Source of the DNA: a virus
Virus record (IMG/VR): IMGVR_UViG_3300019757_000003
Coordinates: 32,001 to 96,000 of that record
Length of the DNA stretch: 64,000 nucleotides
Strand: one strand, 5' to 3'
Positions within the stretch are counted from its first letter, which is position 1; every line of letters begins with the position of its first letter. Positions 62,701 through 64,000 of this stretch are shown here, in pieces. Both the position numbers and the translations under genes were made by a program. The notes under the pieces are model-generated. The model did no database searches. It had not been told where the DNA came from and saw only the letters and a list, made by a program, of their open reading frames with translations.

Positions 62701-64000
62701 TAAGATTCTTCAATTCTTGTGTTTTAGCTTCATCAGGACCTGATTTAAGCTCAGTTCTAATCTCTTGAATACGATTCATTGCTTCATCATTTAAAGCCTT
62801 TAAATCAGCTATTTGGATGTCAGAAGCTTGATTAGAGAACTTTAAGTCGTTATCTGATAACGTTTTATAAGTTTTGTCATCAATAGCTTGATTAACATCC
62901 TTAAATGTACCAGGAGTTTCCACAACAGCTCTCATCTGTGCACCAGCACCAATTCCACCTAGACCACCCATTCTAGCTTCTTGTTGCTTATCCTCGTCAC
63001 TAAGAACATCAGATACAGTCTTACCACCAACACCAACATTAGCACCTAATATCTCACCCCAAGTTTGAATGTACTCTTGAACACCCTCAACCCCACCTGC
63101 AGCACCAATAGCAGAAGCTTTAGCTACTAATTTACTGATAATAGGTTTTTGTTCAGATTTAGTTAGACTTTTAAAAGCTTTCTTAAGAGCACCCACTTCT
63201 CCAGTAATACCAGTAGCCTTAGAGAATGCCATTTTATCTATTGATAAAAGAACTAATTGAGTAGCATAAACACTAGCAACTTCAAACATATCAACATCAG
63301 GATCTTCTCCAGCTTTGAGTTTCTCAGCTATCCTATCATCTAGTACATTATTAGTCATAGCACCTACAACAGTATGGAAACCAGAATTTTTAGCAAAATG
63401 ATCTAAGGTTTTAATCAGGGTAACATTATTTTGGTACTTCTCATACTTACTAATCTCTTTAGCTGTCATTAATTTTCTAGCTCTATTCTCCAATTTAGCT
63501 ATATGTTGAACTGAAGCACCTGTTTGTCTAGCTTTTTCAGTAGCTTTAAGTAACCTAGAAGCAGCAGTAAACTTCCCAGTACCTACAGTCATACCAATCA
63601 TCATAGGTAAAGACTCAGCCATAGTATTAGGGTCTGTTAAAACTCCAGTAATAGCATCAAAGTAGTTACCATTCTTCCAATTGGTTGCAGCATCAGTTAA
63701 TACTTGAGTAGATTTAGTTCTATCATAACCAACCCATTTATCTATATTCTCTTTTTTCTTAACATCATTTAGCATAGTGTTATCACCAGGAGTAACAACA
63801 TCTAATATAAAGTCAGCAGTGTCTACAAGTAAACTAACAGTACCAGAAGCTAATGCACCAACAACACTATCAGTCATACCAGCTTTGTATCTAGCCCTAG
63901 CTATATTAGTAAGTCTCTCTGAGTATTCTCTATTCTTATCATAGTCTGCTTGGGTCTTACCTTCATCTACACCTAATAAATCCTTATTAAGTAATTCAGT
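56783..64000 (-). CDS. Virion RNA polymerase (single-subunit, N4-vRNAP-like), 5' end outside the window
   Basis: RNNRI...DFQ.DK, motif A EFDASASG (~59858-59881), motif B RDTAKYPVMTNSYG (~59490-59533), H.ID, motif C AIHDA (~58856-58870), HEVQH zincin-like motif; no in-frame stop up to 64000. Confidence 0.88.
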   Translation of the reverse strand, partial: TELLNKDLLGVDEGKTQADYDKNREYSERLTNIARARYKAGMTDSVVGALASGTVSLLVDTADFILDVVTPGDNTMLNDVKKKENIDKWVGYDRTKSTQVLTDAATNWKNGNYFDAITGVLTDPNTMAESLPMMIGMTVGTGKFTAASRLLKATEKARQTGASVQHIAKLENRARKLMTAKEISKYEKYQNNVTLIKTLDHFAKNSGFHTVVGAMTNNVLDDRIAEKLKAGEDPDVDMFEVASVYATQLVLLSIDKMAFSKATGITGEVGALKKAFKSLTKSEQKPIISKLVAKASAIGAAGGVEGVQEYIQTWGEILGANVGVGGKTVSDVLSDEDKQQEARMGGLGGIGAGAQMRAVVETPGTFKDVNQAIDDKTYKTLSDNDLKFSNQASDIQIADLKALNDEAMNRIQEIRTELKSGPDEAKTQELKNLIQTRKENSIAIKERELSKDKTSTESKIKTDSDVDLSTTNIKDITETSKIPGFKSISQGLNNRAVTKELEKYSTEKLRKAVTALSSKEPTKSSTKTLEMLNKVIAKREKGESKVFTQNPISEDIAKLKDLTGKDRVASLTNILSNNTKLPDQEAYDSLKSIINDTDSSVRLNDKAKEMYSKRLETIKSLGFGVDEKTTTEPEVEPETTSTNTTEEATEEVKPTEPTTDSNEENKGTEEQPEATVNELADIDKLTEVELGEKFENFETHKYKNTTLSKVTESKSEDIKASTDKLLRSQTLSVTELGKLSQSDQYNTLHSAIKNFNSNSISQDSLTNSIKNSSISTKARDVLLSYLKSATTERGAMHNIPDPNVELKSTTKDLAEDDRDPNEKISRNKSGLKKIKQSEKRVKQYVTEIVTDEAFEDVLERGAISTKSANNKAHNIQEKSWNMLDTDKEIIRNLTTRVEAAVDKGELPMFPKSDPLSVPKAMRLAILSISGVLKNMRSNIDRTQNSTDKDAEMSTHYATKQDTLKEIGRSFTHSYGQEVVAKEGTKDNAVSSYHIKIGDTGIKLLNTLGYLSEYNPDDGSGITHYALAERKDVGQVKVTPDMSLGKDDVILLKEEFQDVDKNDRSFEASVFYKSKFDTPFRPILAALNPSSSKTPSTTKPKGPVRSDGNENSSEQSSIIKDIRSEPLEIDNEFYGLLTDIVETLRGRTTSSLGNSEKDIWIKNFFGLNIEKSGLEITREEEIGQLVSRQGNADSILDYIRELENNDSLEPYEKRRQFFEYFSARNNRIHLENIALDFQADKIVSRFILNTRHTTNTKEENLVVLANLADTLSSTDFEITVDDILSPSNSSEESKALEDILTHYSNNGIRSLLSSEVYNGEYTKKILQKGDSVAEIITAIQGIIDVRNAVKAEQEANPDKDIMWSDLKITTNFNPEFDASASGIVNKIANFQGYIGVKAKSEVVDGESKSDKDRPTRLSDKLDELTLGGGDAYLALIKEVMNIIDKRNSLDLNDTTIKKKNKATSAILKFIANVEGDGEFDINNPDHKRKIRDTAKYPVMTNSYGQKIKSLIAGLGKEIGIDLMKAYLKGSGTDKANAEAVFKSLDIKLEDVKDTNASFKMVSSKVGANFGTIFSDGLKNINADLNAVQGTIDKAYEVLTSARSFLRSSGVNHIISMRNPLDVTLKATEEVLGDIDPDTNFSIEKLMLTEQDMTKIAEDAGVVPTKLMSNVNKNSASVVALHAIDSAILLIAFKRTFKYFKDKGIYKGLGSIAIHDAVKGSPEFLLKYKEFYHEATLDVAQYYDILSEMEIELEYTLEQVKEINEGSSEVGKLEKAIKNITINKDKRLASKEAKIEELRANKDFSIFGKLPSESEMPSGPIDTTNYKVYKKRDFGKQSDASKDKDSKSEALERIQKEQRKAVVSFAPDIKSVVPKKKYENSPQHYKELKSLVASGEPYIVMSSTTSGKSLKTKEITSLTASIYKDGKQVGEDKTLTLLPSNEFTYELALKRDNDGSPSHKELETSESLKGQIGYDYTSPDGTVLKGMTRGQVKSSKAIDDFMTSLNKEAKDLDETVTNVPLVGYDLANNIDLVLKNTSEEYSKQDFKVIDVSQGFHEYNKITNTDGKYNPNKPTEVSQDTMAERFADKDTTSIAQLSSIVNNFGEVVKKDTNSFIYDFQQALKSKDKALKVSEGTDFLNSIEDTDEETKVYIENIKSALNSDNSLVSGKAFKFNPNDEQIFVGNDITFSDTKSFLKYIDHEVQHSVTAEYIRNQFFMESTKQSNAFKVLSSVFVKFKNKLPDILDDTKGTTADGDILGQSLHDRFEYIHRELGNGEDDSKRVAAMSEFVAIYRSNQEFRDYLSNNATTQETESSLGIFSDRMVKHLMKSIKDILSSAYKAITGKELSNITVEVFNRSLENIIFESSKEGGKPKPDNQQEQESLGTIQTKNTKEILYTTIKNVQEGCE

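Noticed and set aside
1-64000. Stop-codon reassignment
   Set aside because: Long conserved genes are intact in the standard code, and TAA, TAG and TGA all end genes at coupled junctions.
1-64000. CRISPR array, integrase or lysogeny module
   Set aside because: No regularly spaced repeats and no recombinase or repressor cassette were seen; the 24151 nuclease is a phage Cas4-like exonuclease with no cas context.

Overview
AT-rich, densely coding segment of a lytic dsDNA phage with an N4-like (Schitoviridae-related) layout. Bases 1-52.6 kb are a + strand block of early/middle genes: many small hypothetical ORFs, AAA ATPase, VRR-NUC nuclease, SF2 and SF1 helicases, Thg1-like protein, ART/Tpt1-like protein, RNA ligase, PD-(D/E)XK nuclease, family A DNA polymerase, N4-type primase, SSB, AAA_24, class I RNR, two DNA methyltransferases, ThyX, MazG-like protein and several likely counter-defence proteins. 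Bases 52.6-64 kb are a - strand late block: a lysozyme-like protein, a 984-aa virion protein and a >2,400-aa virion RNA polymerase that runs off the window end. AAGGA ribosome-binding sites, TTAAGT...TAnAAT promoters and several protein families suggest a Campylobacterota host (inference). Most notable: (1) a promoter-driven ~680-nt structured non-coding locus built from tRNA-like T-loop modules, with a sibling RNA inside an RNA-repair gene cluster; (2) a DUF3310-like gene split by a cassette carrying a promoter, a homing endonuclease and a different DUF3310 domain fused onto the orphaned 3' half; (3) an apparently split vRNAP with T7-like catalytic motifs and a dead DEDDh-like insertion; (4) a probable ATC start codon for the DNA polymerase; (5) a pseudoknot/antisense-type leader upstream of a GIY-YIG gene. 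All family calls come from motif recognition by eye, not database searches.
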